The notes beneath the pieces are model-generated. The model searched no databases and was not told where the DNA came from. It saw only the letters and a program-made list of their open reading frames with translations. This document shows positions 26,321 to 38,740 of a DNA stretch of 64,000 nt, one piece after another (position 1 is the first letter of the stretch; the number at the start of each line of letters is the position of its first letter). Made by a program: the position numbers and the translations under genes. Source of the stretch: Octopus vulgaris. Taxonomy: Eukaryota. The stretch spans positions 56,172,001 to 56,236,000 of the forward strand of contig OX597818.1 of NCBI GenBank assembly GCA_951406725.2, in the 5' to 3' direction.

Positions 26321-28466
26321 TAGGGTTGCCAACAGTCCTTTATTCAGCTCTATTTGTTCTTGTCCTTCATTGAGATTTGAAATACTAGTTGTCCTTTATT
26401 TGGAAATCGTTTTGACTGGTACTTCAATTTCCTGCTCTCAAGATGTGATTGCAAAAGCGTTTACTTCTTGTAAGAGTACAAATTCTGTCAACTCTGCAGT
26501 CTGCACAATACCAGAAGCACAGAGCAGCTGACCACAGACTGGCATATAAAATTAGCCTCATTTTATCTATAACTCAATTCTCCATTTCAAAAAAAGGCAC
26601 TCATTTTGGGAAAACGAGAAAATCGGAAACTTTGTTACTAAATGTGAGAATCATCACCAAGAAAAAAGAAAGAAAAAACAATAGAGAAAGAAAGAAGGTA
26701 CCGTTGGACGTTTGGAAAGGCAATACCTCTGTCTGAACTGAACTGGGGCCCACGAAGAAGAAGAACCAAAACAAATATGGCGTGTTATACAACAAGGTGG
26801 TGATGAGGCCTGTCACAAAATTGAGCCATAATTTGTTATAAATACCAGAAGAACAGTGAAATCTATGTGAGAAAACTTGTAATAGTAGTGCCAATATTTC
26901 ATGTTATTATCAGATAACAATATTAATTGAAGGTGTGTTTTTGAGACATGATCATTTTTACATTGTTACAAGAATGTATTGATTAGGCCCAACTTCGGAA
27001 AGACTTCCTCCCATCCCCCACCCCATTTTCTCACAAATTATTGGTTTTTTAAAAATTTTTTTTGCCCAAAACCCACGTTTTTGGATACGGAAATTCCAGG
27101 AAATTGCAAAAAAAAATCGGAATTTTGAAATTTCTCACCCCCCCCCCCATTCCGCCAATTTCTTCATTTTTCACTTTTTTCCATAACCCTTATCCTAAAA
27201 CCCCAACCCTAACCCTAAGTAGAAAAATTTTTGGAAATTTGCTTCAGAAATCTCCATATTCTTTTTCGCATATTTTGACAAAATAAAAATTGTGAAAAAA
27301 AAAATTTCTGAAAATTTGCGGAATTTTTTTTCAGAATCATAATCTCCATATTTTTCTGAATATTTTGAAAAAAAAATTGTGAAAAAAGGTAAAAATGAAG
27401 AATTTAGTGGTAGGGGAGTAATTTCAAAATGCCATTTTTTGCCAATTTTTTTTTACAGATTCGTATTCTCCGTATCCGAAAACGGAGAAAAAAAATTGTG
27501 TAGAAAAAAAAATTAAATTTAAAAAGGGGTGTGTTTTTTTGCGGGAGGGGGGGCATAGAAAAGGCAGTCTTGCCCCAACTTCTCAAGTGCTAGCATTTCG
27601 ATTTCGGTTCACATTTCAAGTTATGTGCCTAGATACATGGTTGTTGGACCATAGAGTATCTTTTTGCTTAATATTGTCACGGTTGGTGAAAAATTATAAT
27701 TAGTAATTATTTTCAAATCCAATACAGCTAGTGACATCATATATTCGGAAAACAGAATAGATTTCGATGAAAATTCAACATTTGGCAAATTACCAAATCT
27801 AAGTTTCTTAGGATATTCATTCCCAAAGTTTCAGAAATTTGTAGAATTAGTAGAACATTTGAAGCTAGAAGGAAAACTTAAATTAAAGATGGATGAACTT
27901 TTTGGGTGAAGTAGTATAAATTCAAAGAAACTTCGACACTATTTCAAAAGCTCGGAATTCTTCATAAGCTCAAAAACAATAAACAGAAAGTGGTATTTTA
28001 TTATGAAATCTATGGACTTTAAATGTACCAATGTTTTCAAAATAGTTTCTTTTGTTCTATCAATTCCTGGAACATCATCTTATTGCGAGAGAGTTTTTAG
28101 TTTAATGCCATCTAAATGGCGAGATGAAAGGAAACGATGCTCTGTAGAATTAATTGAGAATGAACTTCTCATATATTTTAACATAAAAGGTAGTTGCTTG
28201 GAATTCGCTAAAAACATCAAAGATGATACAAATTTCCTGAAGGCAGCAAAAAGCCAGGGCAAATATAGTTTTAGAAATTAGAATCTTTTGATCAAGCTAA
28301 AAAAAATGTCTTCTCATTCTTGTTTTGGTAAGAGAAATGTAATTTTAAACTGCATTTAATATTGGTATCTATTATAATCTATAGGAACTGAATTAAAATT
28401 TGTACACTTAAATATCAATAAAGTTTTTATGTCCTTTATTGTTATTTAACAGAGTTGGCAACCCTA
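26321..28466 (+). mobile_element. Internally deleted hAT (Blackjack-like) DNA transposon
   Basis: TIR tagggttgccaac ... gttggcaacccta; degenerate 8-bp TSD aggatggc/aagacggc. ORF 28003-28281 LSIPGTSSYCERVFSLM..KWRDERKR matches the hAT C-terminal dimerisation domain. Confidence 0.9.
26997..27574 (+). mobile_element. MITE with GG..CC termini and 8-bp TSD (Merlin-like), nested in the hAT
   Basis: ccaacttc|ggaaagact...agtcttgcc|ccaacttc; long imperfect subterminal inverted repeats; internal ccctaa-like motifs. Confidence 0.8.
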
Positions 28467-28480
28467 AAGACGGCTAATAA

Positions 28481-28867
28481 TCTCTATATATATAAAGCTG
28501 AAGTTGTCTGTGTATGGCAGATTTGGTAGCCTTCAACTCACACTATCTCCTCCGAGACCCTGCGGCACAAGTTGACCAAAATTAAGAGTATGATAGAAGA
28601 AGGCTTGCTCTTCCTTCCGTAGAAGAAAAATTTCAAATCGGACCATGTTAACACCAAAAATTATTTACATCAAAAAGGTGCTTTTATTTTTATTAAAATC
28701 CCTATTTTTTTACGATTTTTCACTGCTGTGTCGCCATTTTTCGGTGTATTTCAACCAGAAGAATGTTCACTTAAAGAGAATAACAAGCTACATGATGCAA
28801 AATTTTTACTTTTCAAAAATTCCAATTCTAAAGGGTCAAAACAAACCCGAGCAACGCTGACTGCTAG
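28481..28867 (+). mobile_element. Non-autonomous Helitron-like element
   Basis: A|TCtctatatatataaagctgaagttg...acaaacccgagcaacgctgactgCTAG|T. Same family as 11000-11401. Confidence 0.8.
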
Positions 28868-29448
28868 TAATAGTAACATTAAAAATAATCTTTACTCAAT
28901 TTTATAATTATTTTCGGCACGGCCCTTCTATTAATAAAATGAATTTACAATCGAGGAGGGAAACACAGAGGTACACGTACACTTGAAATAAACGGCTTAT
29001 ATAAAATAAATGGACAATACTTATTTACAACGTCTAGTCGGGTGTAAAGGCAAAAAAAAAAGTTAAAATACAATTAAGATACAAGCCCACACAAATGAAC
29101 GATCTGTTGCTACACCAATAAATACAAATTCGAGAGGAAACAAAAGAATATTAAATATACATTCACAGAAATGTATTTGTGAATTTAGTCTGCTCTTAAA
29201 AACAATAGTAACGAATTAGAGTTACAATGGTTAAATGTACTTTGAGAAAATAAACAGTAATTTTACAACATCGAATGGAGAAGGCCAGACAAAACAATAG
29301 ATATATAACAAGTCAACTCGTATATGTTTTTAATAACAATAAACAGTGAAACAAAAAATGTCTGCCATTTTGGTAATTTGTTTTTAGGTTTTCAGAAACA
29401 AACAATGAATCGATTATTCCAATATAAAACCATAAATATCAAGGTATA

Positions 29449-30002
29449 ACTACAGATTTCTGCACAGCGACTTTGGATGATTATAACTTTCAAGAAAATG
29501 GATATTTTTTAATGAAATTTTCTATGAATATGTGTTATATTATGTAGATTTCGAATATATAAAAGTTTGGGAGGAAAGGCTTCTAAGACGGGGCGGGAGG
29601 GGAATTTCGGAAAATTCACCGATGTCCACTTCAAGTCGTCTTAACTTTCAAGAAAATGGATATTTTTTAATGAAATTTTCTTTGAATATGTGTTATATCA
29701 TTTAGATTTCGAATATACAAAAAGTTCGGAGGAAAGTGTTTTAGGAGGGATGGGGTGGGGAACTTCGGAAAATTCACCGGAGTCCACTTCAATTCGTCTT
29801 AACTTTCAAGAAAATGGATATTTTTTAATGAAATCTTCTACAAATATACCTCGGACTATGTAGATTCCGAGGACATAGGAATTATGGGGGAAAACAATTG
29901 GGGGTTATTTTTGAGAACCGTTCCTCAATCGGAGATGTTTCCGAACAAGTCGTCCGTATGTTTCATTTTCTCCGTTTTGTGCGTTTGTGCATCCGTAGAT
30001 TT
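29449..30002 (+). repeat. Interspersed repeat with ~158-bp internal tandem units; inverted partner at 31336-31731
   Basis: aactttcaagaaaatggatattttttaatgaaat occurs three times (~29485, 29643, 29801). Ends actacagatttctgcac...gtgcatccgtagattt. Confidence 0.85.
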
Positions 30003-30064
30003 CCACACACAAACACACATACGTAATTTAAAAAGTTCAAACGGGGAATTATTTAATTCAATAT

Positions 30065-31090
30065 CTACGGCTTTATATAGCTATGGTACGACCTCACCTG
30101 AAATTTGCATCACCAATCTGGAACCCCTATCTTGCCCAGGATATTAATCGTCTGGAAACCAACCGTTCAGGGACGTGCAACCAAAAGAATACCCTCCATC
30201 AGGCATTTGCCATATCCTGAACGCCTTACTTCCCTGGGCATGGATACATTGAAACTCCGACGTCTGGCAACTGACTTGGCAGACACCCATAAAATTATTA
30301 ACCATCTTACAAACAATAACTCTGAGCACCTTTTCAAACTCCACCTGTCTAACACCTGTGGACATATTTACAAAGTCAGAAAACAGCACAGCTCCCATGA
30401 CTTTAGGAAACATTTTTTTCATGCTAAGAGTTGCTGAAGCATGGAACAAACTGCCAGCATCAGTTGTTAGTTGTCGGATCACTGCATCCTTCAAAACTTC
30501 CATGCTTCCTGAGATTCGCCAACACTACACCTGATTCTCTCCCCTCCATACACACGCAAGCATGTATCTGACTCATGCATTGTTCACTTTCCAGACATTT
30601 GTACATTACTGCATATGCTTTATATATAAAAGTGAAGTTGTGTGTCTGTCTCCTACGATTTAGATTCCTAACTACTCCCACATTTTGCGGTGCAGTTTAA
30701 CCAAAACCGGGTATCTTATAGTCGTGATTCATATCGAGCCCGTCTGGCTATTAGCGCGCGTCTACGATGAGTCTACGATTTTTAAAAATAATTTACCATC
30801 ATTTTTTCCCATTTTAATGCATTTTTTCGCTATTATATAAGGGAAGTAACTCTCTAAAAATGTCTACGATGAATCAACGATTTAAAAAAAAAAAATTACC
30901 ATAATTTTTTTTCCATTTTTAATACATTTTTTTGCTATATTTTGGCTATACCTCTCTAAAAATGCTTATATAGTTATTTCCCTTACAAACCCGAGCAACG
31001 CCGGGCGATACTGCTAGTACTTTATACGCACTTTCTGACAAGTTGTGGGGCACCTGAGCACTGTATACAATAATTTCATTATTAATATAT
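30065..31090 (+). mobile_element. CR1/L2-clade LINE 3' fragment (aatat TSD) containing a Helitron
   Basis: LYIAMVRPHLKFASPIWNPY...VQGRATKRIPSIRHLPYPERL..LGMDTLKLRR...WNKLP; aatat at 30060-30064 and 31091-31095. Confidence 0.85.
30619..31017 (+). mobile_element. Non-autonomous Helitron-like element nested in the LINE 3' UTR
   Basis: tatatataaaagtgaagttgtgtgt start; 3' hairpin cccg-agcaacgc-cggg followed by cgatactgCTAG|T. Confidence 0.8.
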
Positions 31091-31335
31091 AATATGTTTA
31101 TTACAGAGTAAACTTCTATGTTTAACTGTGCGTGTATATTCCTTATTTTTGCTTCTGGTGTCTTCTGTCTTTCTATTAGAAATGTTTGCCTGGGAATTTA
31201 CCTAAAGTGAAAAAAAAAATCGTATGCAACAGATAAAGTCGTCTTAACAGTATATTTCTGTGTCCCAGACCTTTAGCTGTTATATTTAGCATAACGAGTT
31301 TTCTGGTGAGGGCTTCATTTGCCTTGCTTCAGAAG

Positions 31336-31731
31336 AAATCTACGGATGCACAAAAGCACAAAAAGGAGAAAATGAAACAAATATGGACGACTTGTTCCGA
31401 AACACCCCTGAATGGGGAACAGTTCTTAAAAATAACCCCCAATTGTTTTCCCCCAAAATTCCTATGTTCTCGGAATATACATAGTCCGAGGTATATTTGT
31501 AGAGGATTTCATTTAAAAATATCCATTTTCTTGAAAATTAAGACGAATTGAAGTGGACTCCGGTGAATTTTCCGAAATTCTCCACCCCCTCCTAAAACAC
31601 TTTCCTCCCCAAAATTTGTATATTCGGAATCTACATGATATAACATATATTCGTAGAAAATTTCATTAAAAAATATCCATTTTTCTGAAAGTTATGATTA
31701 TCCAAAGTCCGTAGGTGCAGAAATCTGTAGT
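31336..31731 (-). repeat. Inverted copy of the 29449-30002 repeat (two internal units)
   Basis: aaatctacggatgcac ... gtgcagaaatctgtagt. Confidence 0.85.
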
Positions 31732-31773
31732 TAAGCCAATATCAATGCCTTGTTGCTTTAAAGATGAAGTTTT

Positions 31774-32361
31774 GGAAAGACTTCTGCCCCCCCCCCGCCA
31801 TTTTCTCCTAAATTTATTTATTTTTGTAATTTTTTTTTGCCAAAAATCCTCGTTTTTGGACACGGAGGTTCCGGAAAATTGCCAAAAGTCCCCATTTTCG
31901 GGTACGAAGGTTCCAGAAAATTGCCAAAAATCGGCTTTGTGAAAGTTCCCCCCGCCCTCCTCAACTTCTTCAATTTTTACTTTTTTCCCCCAACACTAAC
32001 CCTAAAACCGTAACCGTAAGTTACAGAAATGTTTTGAAATTTTTGGTCCGAATCAGGATGTCCGTATTTTTCTGCATATTTAGACGAAAAAAAAAATTCT
32101 TAAAAAAAATTTTACAAAGATTTTTAGAATTTTTTTTTCAGAATCATAATCTCCGTATTTTTCCACATATTTTGAAAACGAAAAATTATGGAAAAAGTTT
32201 AAAATGAAGGAAATGGGGGGGGGGGGGTTTATTTAGAAATGTCGATTTTTGCCAATTTTTGGCAGATTCGTATTCCCTGTAGCCGAAAAGTGGGGTTTGT
32301 GTCGAAAAAAAAACTTTTTTTAAGGGGTGGTTTTTGGTGGGGGACGGGCGGAAGTCTTGCC
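31774..32361 (+). mobile_element. Second Merlin-like MITE with perfect 8-bp TSD
   Basis: gaagtttt|ggaaagacttc...gaagtcttgcc|gaagtttt; homologous to 26997-27574. Confidence 0.85.
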
Positions 32362-32391
32362 GAAGTTTTTAAATGATTTAAACAGTCTTAC

Positions 32392-32645
32392 CTTATGTCT
32401 AATTATTAAATTGTCAAGGAAGTCCAAATAGTTGCTTGAATTTCTTCGAAAACTGTTGTTTGGGATACGCGAAGTTTGTTCCTTAAAGAAATCGAAGATT
32501 CCCACCACATCTTTGATTTGGCATAGTGTAACGATTTGTAGATGTTTTATGGTTTCCACAACAAATTTACGGCAATAAAGCAATGGATATGTGCTTAATT
32601 GCTTAATTTGTTCGTCCCTCAATTCAAAGAATATTCGACTTCGAA
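32392..32645 (-). pseudogene. Candidate exon of an unidentified gene (5' end lost to a MITE)
   Basis: About 85 open codons RSRIFFELRDEQIKQLSTYPLLYCRKF...LDNLIIRHK ending at CATAAG|gtaaga (phase 0, compatible with the exon starting at 31201). Confidence 0.45.
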
Positions 32646-32864
32646 AATACGAAATTTTGTCAAAAATGTTCAGAGTAAACCGTGTTCTGCGTGAGAAATT
32701 CTACCAGTATTCGAAGTTTCAAACTGTTTAGTTTAAAAAAATTAATTAATTAAAAATTTTCTGACTGAGATGGAATAGATTCGTTCTTTCTTTTGGTAAA
32801 GATGGAATTCACAGGTGACAAAGTTTAGATGAGGGGGAGTGGGGTAAAACTTATAAGGACATGA

Positions 32865-33550
32865 GAGAGAGGAGGAGGATATAGATAGAGAGACGGAAAG
32901 AGAGAAAATGATAGAGGAGGAGGATATAGATAGAGAGGGACGGGAAGAGAGAAAATGATAGAGAGGAGGAGGATATAGATAGAGAGGGACGGAGAGAGAA
33001 GATGACAGAGAGGAGGAGGATATAGATAGAGAGGAACGGAAAGAGAGAAAATGATAGAGAGGAGGAGGATATAGATAGAGAGGGACGGACAGAGAGAAAA
33101 TGATAGAGAGGAGGAGGATATAGATAGAGAGGGACGGAAAGAGAGAAAATGATAGAGAGGAGGAGGATATAGATAGAGAGGGACGGAAAGAGAGAAAATG
33201 ATAGAGAGGAGGAGGATATAGATAGAGAGGGACGGGAAGAGAGAAAATGATAGAGAGGAGGAGGATATAGATAGAGAGGGACGGAAAGAGAGAAAATGAC
33301 AGAGAGGAGGAGGATATAGATAGAGAGGGACGGAAAGAGAGAAAATGATAGAGAGGAGGAGGATATAGATAGAGAGGGACGGAAAGAGAGAAAATGACAG
33401 AGAGGAGGAGGATATAGATAGAGAGGGACGGAAAGAGAGAAAATGACAGAGAGGAGGAGGATATAGATAGAGAGGGACGGAAAGAGAGAAAATGATAGAG
33501 AGGAGGAGGATATAGATAGAGAGGGACGGAAAGAGAGAAAATGACAGAGA
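32865..33550 (+). repeat. 49-bp purine-rich minisatellite, ~14 copies
   Basis: Unit gagaggaggaggatatagatagagagggacggaaagagagaaaatgata; period 49 (for example 33061 vs 33110). Continues as GA-rich low complexity to ~34900. Confidence 0.95.
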
Positions 33551-35427
33551 GGGGGAAGAACAGGAGGGGACTGCTAGGGGGAAGAGGAAAGAGAACGTTA
33601 ATGGTTTAGAGAAAGAATGAAACAGTAAGAGATAATATGAGAGGGAGTTAAAAGAGAGAGAAAGACAGTGTGAGAGGGAGGGTGAACGTGTATGTGTGTG
33701 TGATTGGGAGGGAGAGGGTTGAAAGAAGAAGAGGTAAATGTAACGAGGGAGTGAGTGTAAATTAAATAGAGATAATGTAGATAAGGAGAGAGGGAGACTG
33801 ATGAGAGAAATAGAAAGAAAGATGACTGAGTTTAGATAAAGAAGGAAGCAGACGACAGAAAGTCCGTCAGATAAAGAGAGTGGGAGATGGGGGAGAGACA
33901 AAGAGAAAGAAAGAGAGAGAGAGGGGGGTAGCAGTGGCTTATTGTAGATAAAATGTGACAAGAATAGAGGGTGAGTGAATGAGAAGAAGAGGGAGAAAGA
34001 AAATGAAATTAGAGACGGAGGAGCAATGTGAGTGTGAGTTAGATAAAGAGACAGAGTGACAAAGAGAGGATAAGTAAGATAAAGAGAGGAAGGTGACAGA
34101 GAGCAAAGGATATTTTAGATAGAATGACAAAAAGACGGGGTGAGTAAATGAGAGAGAGAGTGAGTGAGAGGATATGTTTGATTGATAGATAGATTAATAG
34201 ATAAAGAGATAGAGAGAGAGGGGGAGAAAGAAAAAGAAAGTAAGTTGAATAAAAAGAGAGGAGGTAAGTTATGTATGAAGAAAGGAGGGGAGAGGGAAGA
34301 GTTAAGTTAGAAAAGGAGGAGCAATATGAATGTAAGTTAGACAGAGAGAGAGGGAGGAACAAAGAGACAATGAGAGGGTTAGTTATATAAAGAGAGGGAG
34401 CAGGAGAGAGAGAGAGAGAGATAATGAAAGGGTAGATAGAAAAAAGAGAAACAATGAGGGTTAACGATAAAAAGACAATGAAAGAATGTAATGAGAGAGA
34501 GAGAGATGAGAGGTTAAGTTAGATAAAGAGAAGGGGAGACAATGGGAAGGTAAAATATAAAGTTTTATTGTAAGATTTGTATAAAGAAAGAGACAGAAGT
34601 ACAAAGAGAGGGGGAGAAAGAGAGAGAGCGACAACGAAAGGGAATGTTAGATAGAGGGAGGGAGATAAGGAGAGAGATAGTATGTTAGATAGACAAAGAG
34701 AGTGAGTGAGAGAATAAGTTGGAGAGAGAAAAAGTTGATGAAAGACTATATATATATATAGAGAGAGAAGCAAACAGAGAGTGAGGGATAGAAAGAGATA
34801 GACATTGAGTGAGAGGGAGGGGTGGAATGAGATAGATAGACAGATAGATAGAGGCAGGGAAGGGGTAGAAAGAGAGAGACAAAGAAAAAAAGAAAGAAAG
34901 AAATACAATGAAATCACTATTCGAATATTAAGTAATATATTGATTACTAAGTTTGGCATGAGGTGTCACGTTTTCTGTGGGGTGGTGATGGAGGCAACAG
35001 TGGTGGTGGGGGGCGATAGTGGTGTTAGTAATGATGATGGTGGTGGTGGTGGTGGTGGTAGTGGTAGTGGTGGAGGTGTTGGTGGTGATAGTGGGGGTGG
35101 GGGTGGGGGTGATAGCGGTGGTTGTAATGATAGTGTTGGTGGTGAGGGTGTACCTGATTGGGCACTACAGATGGATGCAGAATGTTCCAGAATGGAGTAA
35201 GTGGTGCAAGAACACACACGGAAACAAAAAATGTTGCTGAGAATGGAGCAAGAACACACATGGAAATGAAAAGTGTCGCTGAAGCGGTCACAGATGTGTG
35301 ACAAAAGATTTCCGGACGATGGACAGGAGTTAAAATAATAAAATAAGAACAGTAATAAATGGGTGAAGAAAAAGAATATATAGTGCATGTATTTATTTGA
35401 CTTACACACATACACACACATATGATG

Positions 35428-35765
35428 ATCATCATCATCATCGTTTAACGTCCGCTTTCCATGCTAGCATGGGTTGGACGATTTGACTGAGGTCTGGCGA
35501 ACCAAATGGCTGCACCAGGCTTCAATCTTGATCTGGCAGAGTTTCTACAGCTGGATGCCCTTCCTAATGCCAACCACTCGGAGAGTGTAGTGGGTGCTTT
35601 TACGTGCCACTGGCACGAGGGCCAGTCAGGCGGTACTGGCAACGGCCACGCTCAAATGGTATTTTTTACGTGCCACCTGCACAGGAGCCAGACCAGCTGC
35701 ACTGGCAACAACCTCGCTCAAATGTTTTGTTCACGTGCCAGTAAGGCGACGCTGGTAACGATCAC
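35428..35765 (-). mobile_element. SINE-like family C
   Basis: Homology to other family C copies. Confidence 0.85.
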
Positions 35766-35816
35766 ATACTGGGCTTCATATATTTATACCCCAGTGTCAC
35801 TTTGATGGCATGCACT

Positions 35817-36152
35817 GAGAGGAGGAAGAGAGAGGGGGAGAGGGGGAGAGAGAGAGGAAGAGGGGGAGAGGGGAAGACGGAGAGAGGAGAAAGAGAGGAA
35901 GAGGGAAAGAAAGAGGAAGAAGGAGAGAGACGGGAAGACGGAGAGAGACGGGAAGACGGAGAGAGGGGAAGAGAGAGAGAGGAAGAGGGAGAGAGAGACG
36001 GAGAGAGGAGAAAGAGGGAAAGAGAGAGGAAGAGGGAAAGAAAGAGGAAGAGGGAGAGGGAGGGAGAGAAGAGGGAGAGAGAGAGGGAAGAGGGAGAGAG
36101 AGAGAGGGAGGGAGGGAGAGAGAGAGAGGGAGGGAGGGAGAGGAAGAGAGAG
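35817..36152 (+). repeat. GA-rich low-complexity tract
   Basis: Directly visible. Confidence 0.95.
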
Positions 36153-37080
36153 CTACCACATGGCGATATCACTGCTGCAACGAAAAATAAACCCACCCAA
36201 CCGATTAAAAGAAGGAGATTTTTCTGAGAGTAGCAATCCAATAATCGCTATCGTAGCCTGGGAAAATAGATTTGCAGGAAAACAAAAAACGGTAAATGGG
36301 GATGGAATCCAAAAGAGATTTTTTTCAAAATAAATAAATAAGTAAATAAATACAAGGGAAGAAACTATGGAAGATGTTAAGGGAAGCAACTCAAAAACTG
36401 TTTGAATTTGGTTTGCGTAATTCTTGATAAGAATACGTGTTGAAAGTAAATTTTGTATCATAGGAGAGTCATTTTGCCAACAACACACGCACAGATCCAA
36501 TTCCACTTCAGTTGGCTGAATATTTAACTGACTAACAAATCGACCATTTGTTGAATTGTGTTGGCGAACAACGATGAAAGATCTTTGGTTAACAAACAAC
36601 CGATCGATTGTTTAACCAATGCGTTAAACAATTGGCGGGGGTGGGGGGTAATTCAGTTTCGCACCTCTCCTTGAAAAATGGATTTCTTTGAAAAAATTTT
36701 TTCGGATTCCTACGTTTTAGATGGCGGAGGTTACGAATATGCAAAAATTTTGAACTTTTTCGAAATCCCCCCCCCCCCCTATGTTTTAGATGACGGAGAT
36801 TCCGAATTTGTAAGAAACCACTCAGAACGTAGCGGCAGACGAAATACCAATTTCTTTACTACCCACAAGGGGCTAAACACAGAGGTGACAAACAAGGACA
36901 GACAAACGGATTAAGTTGATTGTATCGACCCCAGTGCGTAACTGGTATTTAATTTATCGTCCCCAAAAGGATGAAAGGCAAAATCGACCTTGGCGGAATT
37001 TGAACTCAGAACATAACGGCAGACGAAATACGGCTACGCATTTCGCCCGACGTGCTAACAATTCTGCCAGCTCGCCGCCT

Positions 37081-37460
37081 TACAAGATTATCTACCATCT
37101 TTCCAACAACGACCTTGGGCACCATTTTGAATTCCATATGTCAAATACTTGTGGACATGCTTACAAAATCAAAAAACTACACAGCACCCATGACTTTCGA
37201 AAATGTATTTCTCATGGAATAAACTACCTGCATCAGTTGTTAGCAGTTGAGACACTACATCCTTCAAAACTTCCATGCTTTCTGAAATCCGCCAACAGTA
37301 CACTTGATGCTTCCCCCCACCCACTCGTTTAGAATTCTTTTTTAATGATTCATTCACTGTTCACTGCCTGTACATTATTCTGTGTATTCTATGTACTGTT
37401 CATGCACTTTTGGGGACGTTTTTTGATGCATTGTAGTGCACTCAAGCACTGTATACAATT
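37081..37460 (+). mobile_element. CR1-type LINE 3' fragment (same family as 30.1-30.6 kb)
   Basis: SNTCGHAYKIKKLHSTHDFRK is homologous to SNTCGHIYKVRKQHSSHDFRK. Confidence 0.8.
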
Positions 37461-37464
37461 ATCC

Positions 37465-37845
37465 GTGGAGGCGCAATGGCCCAGTGGTTAGGGCAGCAGA
37501 CTCGCGGTCATCGGATCGCGGTTTCGATTCCCAGACCGGGCGTTCTGAGTGTTTATTGAGCGAAAACACCTAAAGCTCCACGAGGCTCCGGCAAGGGATG
37601 GTGGTGATCCCTGCTGTACTCTTTCACCACAACTTTCTCTCACTCTTACTTCCTGTTTCTGTTGTACCTGTATTTCAAAGGGCCGGCCTTGTCACTCTCT
37701 GTGTCACGCTGAATATCCCCGAGAACTACGTTAAGGGTACACGTGTCTGTGGAGTGCTCAGCCACTTACACGTTAATTTCACGAGCAGGCTGTTCCGTTG
37801 ATTTGGATCAACCGGAACTCTCGTCGTCGTAACCGACGGAGTGCT
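37465..37845 (+). mobile_element. SINE family D (tail type 2)
   Basis: Same head as 22411 with a different 3' half, which is shared with 60548-60900. Confidence 0.85.
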
Positions 37846-38697
37846 TCCACAATTATCCTCAATGGCAGAAACGTTAGCACACCAGGCAAAATGCTTAGTG
37901 GTAGTTCGTCCATCGTTACGTTTTGAGTTCTGATTCTACAGAAGTTGACTTTGCCTTTCATCCTTTCAGGGTCGATTAAATAAGTACCAGTTACGCAGTG
38001 GAGTCGATGTAATCGACTTAATCCCTTTGTCTGTCCTTGTTTGTCCCCCTCTATATTTAGCCCCCTGTGGGCAATAAAGAAATAAAATTATTATTATTAT
38101 TATTATTGTTATTATTGAGTGAGAGAGCAGCACACACCAACAAAGTGAAGCTGGGGTACAAATATACAAAGCCCAATATATCCATCATGACTACCTGTCT
38201 GATAAGGGTACACCAGGCACATGCATCACAACAGTATGTGCACGACATGGTGATCTCATATCAAGACAAACAGAACATGACCTTGCGGGTGGGTTCCAGC
38301 TAGAATTTTCTTCAGGTTGAGTTGCTTATTCTACTCAAAAGGTCCCTGAATAAGGGTTGCTTAAGGATGATGAACAAAACACTCGTGTTTCCAGAGGTGA
38401 GTTATTCAAATCCCAAAGAATTCCTCTCAGCATATGGCAAAACAATGTACATGATAACACTTCCAATCAGTTAAGATCAGAAGCCATGAGAGCCACTGCC
38501 TGATACTACATCAAGGCATTTATTATTATTTATGGTTTCTTTTCATTATAACTTTATTTCAGCTGCCTTAGTACTGGGCATCCTTCAGAGGCCAAGAGTA
38601 GTAAGGGTACTTTTGTTTTGCTATGCATGCTAAAATTATCACATCTATTCCATTTTAGATGGAGAGTGCTTTCCCATCAAGGTTATCTTTTGTAGTT

Positions 38698-38740
<43 letters not shown>

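Larger units (their letters stand above)
30023..31201 (-). pseudogene. Candidate 148-nt exon of an unidentified gene, split by a LINE insertion
   Basis: Acceptor ttttttttttcactttag at 31202; 31201-31091 joined to 30059-30023 reads VNSQANISNRKTEDTRSKNKEYTRTVKHRSLLCNKHIELNNSPFELFKL without stops; donor gtatgt at 30022. Confidence 0.45.

Noticed and set aside
28003-28281. Functional or domesticated hAT protein
   Set aside because: Only the C-terminal dimerisation fragment remains; upstream sequence is frameshifted and deleted.
32825-33961. 378-aa minus-strand ORF
   Set aside because: Translation of the pyrimidine-rich strand of the 49-bp minisatellite; stop-poor by composition.
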